This document shows positions 50,101 to 58,936 of a DNA stretch of 64,000 bases, one piece after another (position 1 is the first letter of the stretch; each line of letters opens with the position of its first letter). Source of the stretch: an uncultured delta proteobacterium (GTDB lineage: Bacteria; Myxococcota_A; Polyangia; Polyangiales; Polyangiaceae); the NCBI GenBank assembly GCA_963716725.1, contig CAVQUB010000001.1, positions 192,001 through 256,000 on the forward strand. Reading direction: 5' to 3'. The notes beneath the pieces were generated by a model. The model was not told where the DNA came from. It did not search any database and saw only the letters and a program-made list of their open reading frames with translations. The position numbers and the translations under genes are program-made.

Positions 50101-51766
50101 CGGTCGGGCGGGTCACGGGGCCCTTCGCGGTCGCGGTCACTTTTCCGAAGCTCCGACCCTGGGCGGTGAGGTTGGAGCCGGTCACTCGGGCGTCGATGGC
50201 GAGCTTCTCGAGCTCGCTCAGCTTGCCTTTGACGCTACCCGTGACGCGTCCCCGCGCGAGCTTCACCTCCGCGAGGGAGAAGCCGGACACGTCCGCGGCG
50301 AGGGAGGCGTCGATCAGGTTCTTCGCGACGTGAGCCTTGACCTGAGCGTCGGCGTGGCCTCTTGCCGGCGTGAGCTTCTTCACGCGGGGGGCTTTCTCGA
50401 GCTGAAAGGAGCGTGCGTGCGCGTCGAGATCCACTGCGCCGTCGGGGTGCACGGTGAACGCCACCTTCAGCGGCATGCCAACCTCGTGGACAGTCGCCTT
50501 GCCCACGAACCCCTTGGGGTTCCAGGTCCCAGACAGGTCAATGGGCGGCACCGTCTGGCCCACGAAGGTCGTCTCGGCGGTGGTGCCGTTGACCTCCACC
50601 GAGACCTGGCCACGGCGTTGCCATATGGATAGTGCGGTGTCGACGTTCACGTCGGTCTTGGGCGCCGTCGGCCAGAGCGCGCGAATGTCCACGCCCCGGC
50701 CCTGAACGTCGAGGTCGATGTCGAGCTCCGGTGCAAAGCGGATGTGACCGCTGCTCGCCAATCGAGCATCTCCGACCTCGAAGCTCGCCTGGGTCTGGAG
50801 CTTCGGCAGCACGCCGCTGGCCTCGATTCGAGCGACGACCGGCTCGACCAGGGGCCAGTCCGCCAGCAGTGCGCGCACGTCTTCGGGCAGTGCCCGGGGT
50901 ATGTCGAGGGAGGCCTTGACCGTCTTTCCCTTGACGAAGACCGAGCTCGAGACTGGGAGATTGCCGAAGTAGCCGTTGAAGGAGGTCCACACGGTCTCCG
51001 GGGTCCGGATGTGAACCTCGCCGGTGCCCGTGGCGTCCGTGCCGCCGAGGCCCCGCACCGTCATGCCGTAGCGGTGCACGTCGACGGCCGCTCCCTTGGG
51101 CGTCGCCAGCACCGAGCCGCGCACCCCGCCGATCCTCACCTCCAAGGTGGGCAGGCCGGCGACGGTGCCACGGGCGTCGATACGACCGATCTCGATCTGA
51201 GGCAGCCACACGCGCAGCGGCTTCGACGGCGCGCTGGGCGTGGCAGCGGTGCTCGGGGCACCGGGCACGGGGGTCAGCGCCCGCGCCAGGGTGGGAATGC
51301 CGGCGTGGTCGGGGATGACGAGCACGTCGGCCCGACCCGCGCGGATGTGGCGAATGATGACCGTGATGCGTTCCTCGGCCGTGATCACGTCGCGCACCAG
51401 CGTCACCACGTCGGTCCGCACGCGCAGGTCGTTCAGCGTGATCACCGTGTTGCCGGATTCGTCTTTGACGGTGACCTCGCTCAGAGTCGCGCCGCGCAGG
51501 CCCAGTTCTTGGATTTCACCCGTGCGGAGCTCGCCGTAGAAGACCCCGGTGAGCGAGCGCGAGAGCAGGTCCGCCGCGACCCGCCGCGAAGCTGGCAAGT
51601 TCACGTGCAGCACGACGCCGACGCCCAGCGAAACGACGAAGGTCGCCGCGAGCCCCAGCGTCGCCAGCGTCCGCCCCGCGATGCTCAGCGCGCGCGCTCG
51701 TCGGCGCCTGGGAGCGGGCCCGCGATCGGGGACCGTGGGTGGTGGGCGGAGGGTGGACTTCCGCAT
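47120..51766 (-). CDS. tamB: Translocation and assembly module TamB
   Basis: About 1550 aa, N-terminal TM anchor, beta-rich body, C-terminal GLDLLWQYRY; coupled to the Omp85 gene. Confidence 0.85.
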   Translation of the reverse strand: MRKSTLRPPPTVPDRGPAPRRRRARALSIAGRTLATLGLAATFVVSLGVGVVLHVNLPASRRVAADLLSRSLTGVFYGELRTGEIQELGLRGATLSEVTVKDESGNTVITLNDLRVRTDVVTLVRDVITAEERITVIIRHIRAGRADVLVIPDHAGIPTLARALTPVPGAPSTAATPSAPSKPLRVWLPQIEIGRIDARGTVAGLPTLEVRIGGVRGSVLATPKGAAVDVHRYGMTVRGLGGTDATGTGEVHIRTPETVWTSFNGYFGNLPVSSSVFVKGKTVKASLDIPRALPEDVRALLADWPLVEPVVARIEASGVLPKLQTQASFEVGDARLASSGHIRFAPELDIDLDVQGRGVDIRALWPTAPKTDVNVDTALSIWQRRGQVSVEVNGTTAETTFVGQTVPPIDLSGTWNPKGFVGKATVHEVGMPLKVAFTVHPDGAVDLDAHARSFQLEKAPRVKKLTPARGHADAQVKAHVAKNLIDASLAADVSGFSLAEVKLARGRVTGSVKGKLSELEKLAIDARVTGSNLTAQGRSFGKVTATAKGPVTRPTVTATLSDEHGSEVRASAILEAKAKPAVKNLDLKIKRDAVVLTGRIAHLDLDSRDVVVDSVKLTGAGGELGGKIRLSKDRVEVQAKGVGLDLDVVSRAIGLKRGVLGGILNLDADIIASKEQSTGHVRLGLGKGSIASVGGVSLSLDARLDGEHIEGKASGIVEDIGAFGATWQTEVNGNPAEPASWLGMTGDGEIQLSDVQLSLLKHLLPKSARIEKVAGTAFARIRVERLAPTQLPNAEIMVAGTRKLEVVQGPATKGDKPLQVTGIDVELAGSVNGERGDIGGTTRLVDETGWFITTSGGARINWKEILAAPDDWLSQVLDAPLMAVVTLHERPFSQYPKPLLVEGLRGSATARLGFSGSASDPKLSANLEARQVQWSSGYRALPMDLKANGQYEFASGRFGGNAEVRGAGRRIAQLTAKGNANIADGSWTGGAHLALESAPLTMVGTLADAKVAGALQGSIALQRTSADAPPQLSANVDLTGASVDGVGVGRGNVSIRSDGRQLRADATLDDGRGRLTAEARMGLDWSGAWPRLDRARRVLLSAEAHGYDAVVLSPFLRDIFSRMTGKVDGRIVATLEPRLKADGKPSGEFETDVDGQATVQKGVLHIAPLGIEFRDVSFGATAKKAGGFTRVNIHDVEAKARSEKVNVRALANLYFDGARMTRGDASLSMSDVPVMFQGVSQATASGAATLKLERVEERMLVTVDIPNLTARLPQASGREVVDVSDNPAIHVVQPLKEPAVERTATILPWRFVVNLKRGVRVTRSDLDLPLVGQPVIDLDQKAAVSGFIELKPGGRFQSWGKTWVIEAGRVVFDTPDPGNPHLFATASWRAPDGTVVSVDVGGSLGDAKLRLSSDPARSEPEIMALLFGGASSGGGDEASGARTRETAAAGGIATAFNTLFADALVGSVELRTGTDENKASYTAAVRLSESVWFEGTYRNRLEQQQNNTTTDPVDVSGTVDWRFQRNWSLRTEVGTVGTGLDLLWQYRY

Positions 51767-53865
51767 CAGAAGGACTCTCCGAGCGCGATGTGGATCGCCA
51801 TCGGCAGGCCAAAGACGGTGCCGGGATTGCCTTCCTGCCGCTCGAGATCTTGTTCGCCGATCTGTTGCAGCCACGGCGTGCGGTAGCCCGCGTCGATCCG
51901 CAGCGGACCCACCGGGGTTCGATACCTGAGCCCGAGCCCAGGCGAGACGTGAGGCACGTTGAAGCGGATTTCTCCCACTGTACGTGTGACGTCGCTCGCG
52001 TCCAGGAAAGTCGCCGCGTAGAGCGGCCCGATCAGCGGGAATCGGACTTCGAGCGAGGCTTCCCAGAGCGTGAGACCGCCCAGCGGACGAATGCAGGCGG
52101 CGGGCAGCTGGTCGAGGGGCCGACCGCAGTCTTCGCCCGTGGGCACCAGGAACCCGACGGGCCCGTGGGGTCCGACGCCGCGGTAAGCGTAGCCGCGGTT
52201 CGAGTTGGGGCCGCCGGAGTAGAAGGCGCGGAACAGGAGTTTGTGCTGATCGCGGATGACCGCTGGGTTGGTGGGATCGTTCGCCGCCTGGGCGCTGGTG
52301 AGCGTGTCGCCGTAGTTCGACGGAAACAGAAACCCCGCGGTCAGCCGTGTTGCCAGCGTGACGTGCTTCGACAGGGGCAAGAAGCCACGGAACTCCGGCC
52401 TCAGTCGGAGATCGCTCACCGTGCCGCCGAACAGGTAGCCCGCGACTTGCAGCGAGTTGGAGACGTAGAAGCCCTCCTTGGGTTCGATGCGATCGTCCCG
52501 GAAGTCCAGGATCGCGTACAGCTCCGGGAAGGACACGCGCACCGCGTCGAGGCCATCGGGCTTGTTGCCCTGATAGGTGAAGGGGAAGTTGGCTTGCCAG
52601 TTGAACGACGGCGTGACGAACAGGCGGTGGCCAAAGAAGGGGCGCTCGAGGCCGGTCGTCGCCCTGATCTCGTGATAGCCGATCACGCGTTCTCGTTCGG
52701 GATCGGCTCCGTCGGGGAGGGGGTAGAGCAGCGGGTAGATGCTGTAGTCGCCGGCGATGAAGCCAGTCGTTCGACCCTCGACGAAGGAGGGTTGCCGCAG
52801 CTCGGCGTGCACGCGGTTCTCCGGCAGCAACCGTGTCGGTGAGTCGAGACGCCCGATGCGCGTTGGAAAGTAGGTGACGCCGGGCCGCGCCTCGATGTTG
52901 AAGCGGCGCATGCCCCCGATGAAGTTGCGATGCTCCCAGCCCACGCGCGCGTGGGTCGACAGGCGAAGCACGTCGAAGCGCGCGCCGCCGCCGAGCCGCA
53001 GGGTGCGCAGAGATGATTCGCGCAGGACGACGGTGATGGGAACCTCGCCGCCGTCAGGGCTCGCCTTGTCCTGCCCGACCTCCACCGATGCGAAGACGCC
53101 GAGGCTCTGCAGCGCCTCTTGGGCGTCGAGCAGGTCTTTGCGCGAGTAGACCTCGCCCTCTTCGATGCCGAGCACCGCGCGAACCGGAGCTTCGGGGATC
53201 GACTCGAGCCCGACGATCCGCACTCGGCCGTAGCGCGCGACCTGGCCCGGTACGGCCTCGAAGGTCACGTCGGCGGTGTGCGTCGTGAGATCGACCTTGG
53301 CGCGATGCTTGACCTGCGCGAAGGCGTAACCGGCGTCGCCGAGCACGTGCGTGATGGCCTTGGCGCTCGCTTCGAAGGCGTCTTCGTCGAAGCGGTCCCC
53401 CGGATCCACGGTGATGGCGGCGACCGCCTTGGCCGCGACGTCGAAGGGCAGGTGGGCGAGGCCGTTGACGTCCGCGCGTCGGATTTCGACGACCGGGCCC
53501 TCGTCGACGGAAATTTCGACGCGAACGTGACGTTCATCGACGCGCAGGATGCGCGCTGCGCGGACCTTCGCCTCGTAGAAGCCTTTGCGCCGGTAGTAAC
53601 GCTCGACCCGCTCCAAATCCCGGGTGAGCACCGTGTCGTTGAACACCTCGTAGTCGTAGAGCAGCCCTTCGAGCGAACGCGGCCAGGGCGGGGGCCGTGT
53701 CGCGAGGCTGTCTTCCACGGCGCTCGCGTCGATGGCGCTGCCGCCCACTACGTCCACGTCCGCCACGAGGTCTCGGCCTGCCGGGACCCCTCTCTTGATG
53801 CAGCCGACGAGCGCGACCGAGAGCACGGCCGCCCCGGCCAGCGCTCTCGCGGGCGACGCCGTCAT
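51766..53865 (-). CDS. tamA: Omp85 family (TamA/BamA-like) outer membrane protein
   Basis: POTRA-like repeats (YYRRKGFY, GYAFA), FYSGGPNSNRGY, GLGLRYRTPVGPLRIDAG, C-terminal GESF. Confidence 0.88.
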   Translation of the reverse strand: MTASPARALAGAAVLSVALVGCIKRGVPAGRDLVADVDVVGGSAIDASAVEDSLATRPPPWPRSLEGLLYDYEVFNDTVLTRDLERVERYYRRKGFYEAKVRAARILRVDERHVRVEISVDEGPVVEIRRADVNGLAHLPFDVAAKAVAAITVDPGDRFDEDAFEASAKAITHVLGDAGYAFAQVKHRAKVDLTTHTADVTFEAVPGQVARYGRVRIVGLESIPEAPVRAVLGIEEGEVYSRKDLLDAQEALQSLGVFASVEVGQDKASPDGGEVPITVVLRESSLRTLRLGGGARFDVLRLSTHARVGWEHRNFIGGMRRFNIEARPGVTYFPTRIGRLDSPTRLLPENRVHAELRQPSFVEGRTTGFIAGDYSIYPLLYPLPDGADPERERVIGYHEIRATTGLERPFFGHRLFVTPSFNWQANFPFTYQGNKPDGLDAVRVSFPELYAILDFRDDRIEPKEGFYVSNSLQVAGYLFGGTVSDLRLRPEFRGFLPLSKHVTLATRLTAGFLFPSNYGDTLTSAQAANDPTNPAVIRDQHKLLFRAFYSGGPNSNRGYAYRGVGPHGPVGFLVPTGEDCGRPLDQLPAACIRPLGGLTLWEASLEVRFPLIGPLYAATFLDASDVTRTVGEIRFNVPHVSPGLGLRYRTPVGPLRIDAGYRTPWLQQIGEQDLERQEGNPGTVFGLPMAIHIALGESF

Positions 53866-53871
53866 CCGACG

Positions 53872-54588
53872 TCACTTCTTCTTCGGGGCTTCCTTCGGCG
53901 GATCCATGCCCGGCAGGAAGGCCAGCTCCGCCGGCTTCTCGTGATACGTCATGTCCTCGTAGGTGAGGATGCCCATGATGGGGTCGGCCTCGGTGCCCGT
54001 CGTGGCGCGAACGAAGGTGGTCGAGTAGTCGCCCTTCACGGTGACCTTCGCTCCCTTGTTCGGGATCGGATTCGGCATCTTGACGCCCCAGAAGGTGTCG
54101 CTCTTCTCGGCGTCTTCCTTCTTCTCGAACTCCATCACGGCGTCGTAGATGCCCGCGAAGTTCGAGGACCACCCCATGACCTTGATGCACTCGTTCTCGG
54201 GAGCGTCCTTGGTGTCGCAGACCCAGAACGCCGGCACCGGCGCGTTGCAGCCGTCCGGATCGGCTTTGCCGCCCTTGTGTACGGCGCAGGCCGGTGCGTC
54301 CGGCAGGTTGGTCTTGCCGATGTAGCCGGTGATGCTGAGCTTCTTGCCCGCCACATCTTTGCGGTGGGTGCGGCTGCGCAGGGAGTAGCTTGCACCCCAC
54401 ACCGTGTAGGCGTCCCCGGCTTTGATGGGCTTCTGCGGGACGTTCGGCACCGCCGGCAAGGACGCCTTCGGACCGCTCGAAGCGGCGCGCGGCTGGTACT
54501 TGTCCTCGTCTTTGCCTCCGCAGCTCACCATGGAGGCGGAAAGCACGACGACGGCGAGCGAGGAGTAGATTCGGCGGGCTGACTGCAT
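53872..54588 (-). CDS. Hypothetical lipoprotein
   Basis: GGAGG RBS, lipobox MVSC, strong codon bias. Confidence 0.8.
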   Translation of the reverse strand: MQSARRIYSSLAVVVLSASMVSCGGKDEDKYQPRAASSGPKASLPAVPNVPQKPIKAGDAYTVWGASYSLRSRTHRKDVAGKKLSITGYIGKTNLPDAPACAVHKGGKADPDGCNAPVPAFWVCDTKDAPENECIKVMGWSSNFAGIYDAVMEFEKKEDAEKSDTFWGVKMPNPIPNKGAKVTVKGDYSTTFVRATTGTEADPIMGILTYEDMTYHEKPAELAFLPGMDPPKEAPKKK

Positions 54589-54749
54589 GGGACCTCCCTG
54601 AACGGAACGATTTCGCATGGCTATCACGCGCTTGGGCGCTGCCACAAGGCTCTGGTGGCCCGGCGGGGCGTCGGCGGCTCGCGGCGCCCCGGGCGCCGGC
54701 CTGATTCAGGCATTTGACAAGGCTTTTCAGGGTCCTAGCCTCCCCGTCC

Positions 54750-55457
54750 GTGGGCCGAATCATTCTCATCGGGGACGTCCACGGCTGCCGTCCCGAGCTC
54801 GACCAGCTCCTGGACCGAGTGGCGCTTGCGGCCGGCGACGGCCTTTGCTTCGTGGGGGACTTGGTGGCTCGCGGCCCCGACTCGACCGGCGTCCTGGATT
54901 TGGCCAGCGAGCTTGGCGCGTCGATGGTCCGTGGCAACCACGAATGGCGATTGCTCGAGGCCCGGGCGGCGCGCGCGCGAGGGGACACGCCACCGCGTCT
55001 CGGGCCGTCCCACCGGACCCTGATGGACGAGCTCGAAGATCGGCATTGGGCGGCCCTCGAAGCCATGACCTCTTGGGTCGACTACCCGGACCACGAGCTT
55101 CGCGTCGTGCACGCGGGAGTGGTGCCCGGCATCCCCATCGAACAGCAAGACAAGTGGGTGCTCGCCCACCTGCGCACCCTCCGCGCCGACGGCTCACCCA
55201 GCGACAAGCGCGACTTCACCCTGTGGGCAGAGCGCTATCGCGAAGCGCCCCACGTCGTGTTCGGCCACAACGCGGTGGACGGACTGCAGCTCCACTCCCA
55301 CGCGACCGGTATCGACACGGGCTGCGTCTACGGGGGACGCCTGACGGCCATGGTGCTGGGACCCGGACAAAGAGTGCCGCCCGAGAAGCACCGCCGGGAC
55401 GTGCTCGTCTCGGTTCGGGCGCGCAAGGCCTATGTGGAGCTGAAGCCGGGGGTGTGA
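54750..55457 (+). CDS. Metallophosphoesterase (ApaH/PPP-like)
   Basis: GDVHG, GDLVARGPDS, RGNHE, VHAG, FGH, GIDTGCVYGGRLTA. Confidence 0.9.
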   Translation: MGRIILIGDVHGCRPELDQLLDRVALAAGDGLCFVGDLVARGPDSTGVLDLASELGASMVRGNHEWRLLEARAARARGDTPPRLGPSHRTLMDELEDRHWAALEAMTSWVDYPDHELRVVHAGVVPGIPIEQQDKWVLAHLRTLRADGSPSDKRDFTLWAERYREAPHVVFGHNAVDGLQLHSHATGIDTGCVYGGRLTAMVLGPGQRVPPEKHRRDVLVSVRARKAYVELKPGV

Positions 55458-55500
55458 CCACGCCCATCGACTTGCGTCGCGCCCGCTGTTAGGAGAGGCA

Positions 55501-55998
55501 ATGGAACCCGAAGAGCACGACGACCCTCGGAAGTCCCCAGGGGGAGACGAAGATCAGGCCGCGCCCGTGCGCTCCAAGCGCCGGAGGGCGAATCGCCCAT
55601 CAGTGGGCGAAGACCTCGCGCCTCAGCGCGAAGTCACGACCAGCAGCGGCTACACGACGGGGCAACTGCTCGTGGTGCTGATCGTCGGCCTCGGCCTCGG
55701 CGCCTTCGTCGGTTACAGCGTGCGCGGAGGCGCTCGCGCCCCGAAGGCCGAGCCCATCGCGGCCGAGTCGGATGGACCGCAGCTTGGACCGCTGGCGTCG
55801 GCGGTCGGTCCGGTCGCGCCGGCCGCGGCGCCGGGCGCGGACAAATTCGGTCGCCAGCCGGGCGACGAGCACTTCGGGCACGACCACCCACCCGAAGGTG
55901 CAGCCGCGCCGGCCGCTCCAGCTGCGCCGGCGGGTACCGGTCCGGACTCCTTCGGTCGCGCACCGGGCAGCGAGCACTACGGGCACACTCACGAGTGA
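55501..55998 (+). CDS. Single-TM protein with a duplicated His-rich motif
   Basis: GGAGAGG RBS; DKFGRQPGDEHFGHDH and DSFGRAPGSEHYGHTH. Confidence 0.75.
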   Translation: MEPEEHDDPRKSPGGDEDQAAPVRSKRRRANRPSVGEDLAPQREVTTSSGYTTGQLLVVLIVGLGLGAFVGYSVRGGARAPKAEPIAAESDGPQLGPLASAVGPVAPAAAPGADKFGRQPGDEHFGHDHPPEGAAAPAAPAAPAGTGPDSFGRAPGSEHYGHTHE

Positions 55999-56071
55999 GC
56001 GGTCATCGTCGGTGAGCGGCCCGACCCCGGGCGCGCTGGGATCCCACGCCGCGTTGGGCGAGACTCGGAGC

Positions 56072-56482
56072 ATGAGAACCAAGCTCGTGCTCGGCGCAGC
56101 CTGCCTGCTGGTGGCGTGCAACGGTCCAGAGGCGCGCGTAGCCCCAGTGGAGACCAGCGCGCGACAAGAGCCTGCCCCGCCCGCGGCGACGACGCCGGCA
56201 GGGCCGACTCCGGATCCGATCACCCACCCCTGTGTGGTCGAGGCTGCTCAGTACGACATCGCCATCGAGAAGGGCAGCGATGCGTGCCAGAGCGACGCGG
56301 ACTGCGGTTGCTATCAAGGGGGCATCGGCAAGAGCGGATGCGGCGGGGTGCTGAACCAAGAGAGCGTGCGAAAGCTCGCGGAGATTGCCAAGCGCTTCCA
56401 CGACATGAAGTGTAGGCGCTCCGTCAACTGCGCGGCGTGGGCCTGCCAACCCCGGTGCGAGGGCGGTCACTGCCGGCGCTGA
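56072..56482 (+). CDS. Small Cys-rich lipoprotein
   Basis: GGAG RBS, lipobox LVAC, CQSDADC..C. Confidence 0.75.
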   Translation: MRTKLVLGAACLLVACNGPEARVAPVETSARQEPAPPAATTPAGPTPDPITHPCVVEAAQYDIAIEKGSDACQSDADCGCYQGGIGKSGCGGVLNQESVRKLAEIAKRFHDMKCRRSVNCAAWACQPRCEGGHCRR

Positions 56483-56504
56483 GGGCCTGGGAAGCCGGGG
56501 AAAC

Positions 56505-57740
56505 TCACAAGAGCTCCACCGCCCGCCCCAGCCCGCGCAGGGCGTGGCAACCGTCTCCGATCAGATCCAGATAGGTCTGTTCGCGGTCCTTGCGGACGGC
56601 GTCGAGGCGGTCGTAGACGCCGCCGTCGAGCAGCTCCTTGGACACGTCGACCAGATCGCCGGTGGCGTAGCGGATGGTCTGATCGATGCGCTTGCCGCCC
56701 TCGGTTTCGGGGGCGGTCAGCCCGAGGCTCTTGGCCAGCGTCAGGGTCTCGACCAGGTGACCGAAGAACTTCTGCTGCTGCAGCCGAATCAGCAGGCCCT
56801 GACCCGGATGACGCAAGAGCAGCGCGGCGTAGGCGGGACGCTCGAGCTCGTAGCGATAGAGCAGCACGCCGAGCTGCTTGCGGAACCGGCGCTCGTCTTC
56901 GTCTCGACGAGCGGCCGCGATGGCGCTCGCCACGGCCTGCACCAGGTGCATGCCGCCGCAGCTGTGCCCGTAGATGCCCTTCTTTTCGCGCTTCGCCGCG
57001 TTGAGCGGGCTGCCGTCGTCGAAGGCCTTCTCCGGCGGTCCGCCATAGCCCTCGACCACCTTCTGATCGGCTTCGAGCCGAGCGAGTGCGTCGGCGATCA
57101 GCTCGGGCAGCTTCGGCTCTTGGCCTGCCGCGGCCGGCACCCGCCTCACGTGCTCCGCCAACGCAGAGATCTGCCACGCGACGTGGTGGTAGTCCGAGTC
57201 GGTCTTGGGCGCCGCGGCCGCCGTGCGCAGATCTGCGACCAGTCGCGCCAACGTGACCTTCTCTCCCGACGAGGTCGCGAAGCTCTGGTCGAGCGGCACG
57301 TTCATCTCGAGCAACGTCTTGACCAAGATGAAGCGGTGCGGCTCGACGGGTGAGCCTTGCTTCGATTCTGGGAACAACCAGACCTTCTTGGCGCCCGCAG
57401 TGCGCGGCTCGGCGAAGGATACGATCACGTCCCGGGCAGCTCGCCCGTCCGACGCCGCGAAGTCGGGGCCAAAGGCCACCATCCCGTGGGCCAGCGCCCA
57501 GGGGCTCTTCGGATCGCCGGCGTCGGCCCGCACGGCTTGCCCAAGGCGCTTGCTCAGGGCCTCCGCCTCCGCCCGCGTTGGCACGCGCGGCGCGCGGATC
57601 GACGGCGCCTCGGCTGACTGCGACGGCCCGGGCGGAGCGCTGCCCCCGGCCGCGGGGTCCTTGCGGGCGAGACCCAAGTAGATGCCGGCCACTGCCGCAG
57701 CGGCGAACAACACGATCAAACCGCGGCCACGTTCCGACAC
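56505..57740 (-). CDS. Hypothetical helical protein with several His/Cys motifs
   Basis: N-terminal TM; PWALAHG, HSCGGMHL, FFGHLVE, CHALRGL. Start uncertain. Confidence 0.75.
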   Translation of the reverse strand: MSERGRGLIVLFAAAAVAGIYLGLARKDPAAGGSAPPGPSQSAEAPSIRAPRVPTRAEAEALSKRLGQAVRADAGDPKSPWALAHGMVAFGPDFAASDGRAARDVIVSFAEPRTAGAKKVWLFPESKQGSPVEPHRFILVKTLLEMNVPLDQSFATSSGEKVTLARLVADLRTAAAAPKTDSDYHHVAWQISALAEHVRRVPAAAGQEPKLPELIADALARLEADQKVVEGYGGPPEKAFDDGSPLNAAKREKKGIYGHSCGGMHLVQAVASAIAAARRDEDERRFRKQLGVLLYRYELERPAYAALLLRHPGQGLLIRLQQQKFFGHLVETLTLAKSLGLTAPETEGGKRIDQTIRYATGDLVDVSKELLDGGVYDRLDAVRKDREQTYLDLIGDGCHALRGLGRAVELL

Positions 57741-57871
57741 GGCGAGGAGGATATGCGCGGTCTTCTGCGACGCGTCAGGACTTTTCGTCCAGTGAGGCTG
57801 CAAGCCCCGGGACGGTGTCGTGTCGTGTGTGTGAGTGGAGACACGAACCCCACTCGAAATTGGAGGCTTCG

Positions 57872-58936
57872 ATGCTGCGGACGATCGGATTCATCTCGCT
57901 GACTCTGGTGCTCGGTGGCTGTGGGGGAGGGGACGACGCCGGGCCCGAGGGCAGCTCCGGCGCGGGCGGTGGCCAAAACTCGGGCGGCGGCGGCGGCGTC
58001 GGCGCTGAAGGCGGCGGCGGCGGCAGCGGTGCCACCAGCAGCGGCGGCGGCAGCGCCTCGGGCGGTAGCAGCAGCGGCGGCGGCGGCGGCGCTTCGGGCT
58101 CACCCGGCACCGGGGGCGCGAGCAACGGCTGCGGCAACAACACCAAGCACGCCAACATCGGGAATCTGATCGTGGCCGACGTGAGCTGGCCCGCCGCGAC
58201 TGGGATCGCTGCTGGCACCGGGAAGCTCCAGATCTGGACGCGCACCGTGCTCGACTTTGGCGAGGCCGACGCGAAGGGCGAGATCCCCGCGACCGGTGAA
58301 GTGTCACCCTGTGGCAGCACCATCCCCGCGCTCACCAAGACCTCCATCGCGGGCGGCGGTCAGGTTCAGACGGTGATCCCCGACGCGGTCTGGGACAAGC
58401 CGGGAATGCCGAAGTTCAAGGCCACAGGCAAGCTCTCTGGCTTCGATGTGGGCGCGACGATCACGATGGAGCCGGTGGTGAGTCTGGTGGGGCTCAGCAT
58501 GTCCGATCCGAACGGCTCGTGGCCGGCGTCGGCGAAGCAGATCACGGGCGTCGATCACGACGGGGACGGGCAGCTGGGCATCTTGGCGGTGCCGCGCACG
58601 GATCCGCCCTTCTCGGCGCCGCCGACCGGCTTGCTCGAGGCGCTCAACGCCAACGGCAAGCGCGCGGTAGAGGTCTACGTCTCGACGCGTACCGCGGTGC
58701 AGATCACGGGCAAGCGTGACACCTGCAACAGCGCGTCGGGCGAGGCCGTCGTGAAGCTCTTCGACAGCCACGTGGTCGGCTGCAAACGCAACGACGGCCA
58801 GCTCTGCAAATCCGGCGAGGCCGACTTCATCGACCAGAATCAGCCAAAGTTCAAGGTGGCGAGCGCGAGCTACAAGATGGTGCAACTCAAAGAGGGAGCC
58901 ACCTGCGCAGACGTGCGCGCGGCGCTGCCACTGTGA
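57872..58936 (+). CDS. Lipoprotein with Gly linker
   Basis: GGAGG RBS, lipobox LGGC, DHDGDGQLG Ca-loop-like motif. Confidence 0.8.
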   Translation: MLRTIGFISLTLVLGGCGGGDDAGPEGSSGAGGGQNSGGGGGVGAEGGGGGSGATSSGGGSASGGSSSGGGGGASGSPGTGGASNGCGNNTKHANIGNLIVADVSWPAATGIAAGTGKLQIWTRTVLDFGEADAKGEIPATGEVSPCGSTIPALTKTSIAGGGQVQTVIPDAVWDKPGMPKFKATGKLSGFDVGATITMEPVVSLVGLSMSDPNGSWPASAKQITGVDHDGDGQLGILAVPRTDPPFSAPPTGLLEALNANGKRAVEVYVSTRTAVQITGKRDTCNSASGEAVVKLFDSHVVGCKRNDGQLCKSGEADFIDQNQPKFKVASASYKMVQLKEGATCADVRAALPL

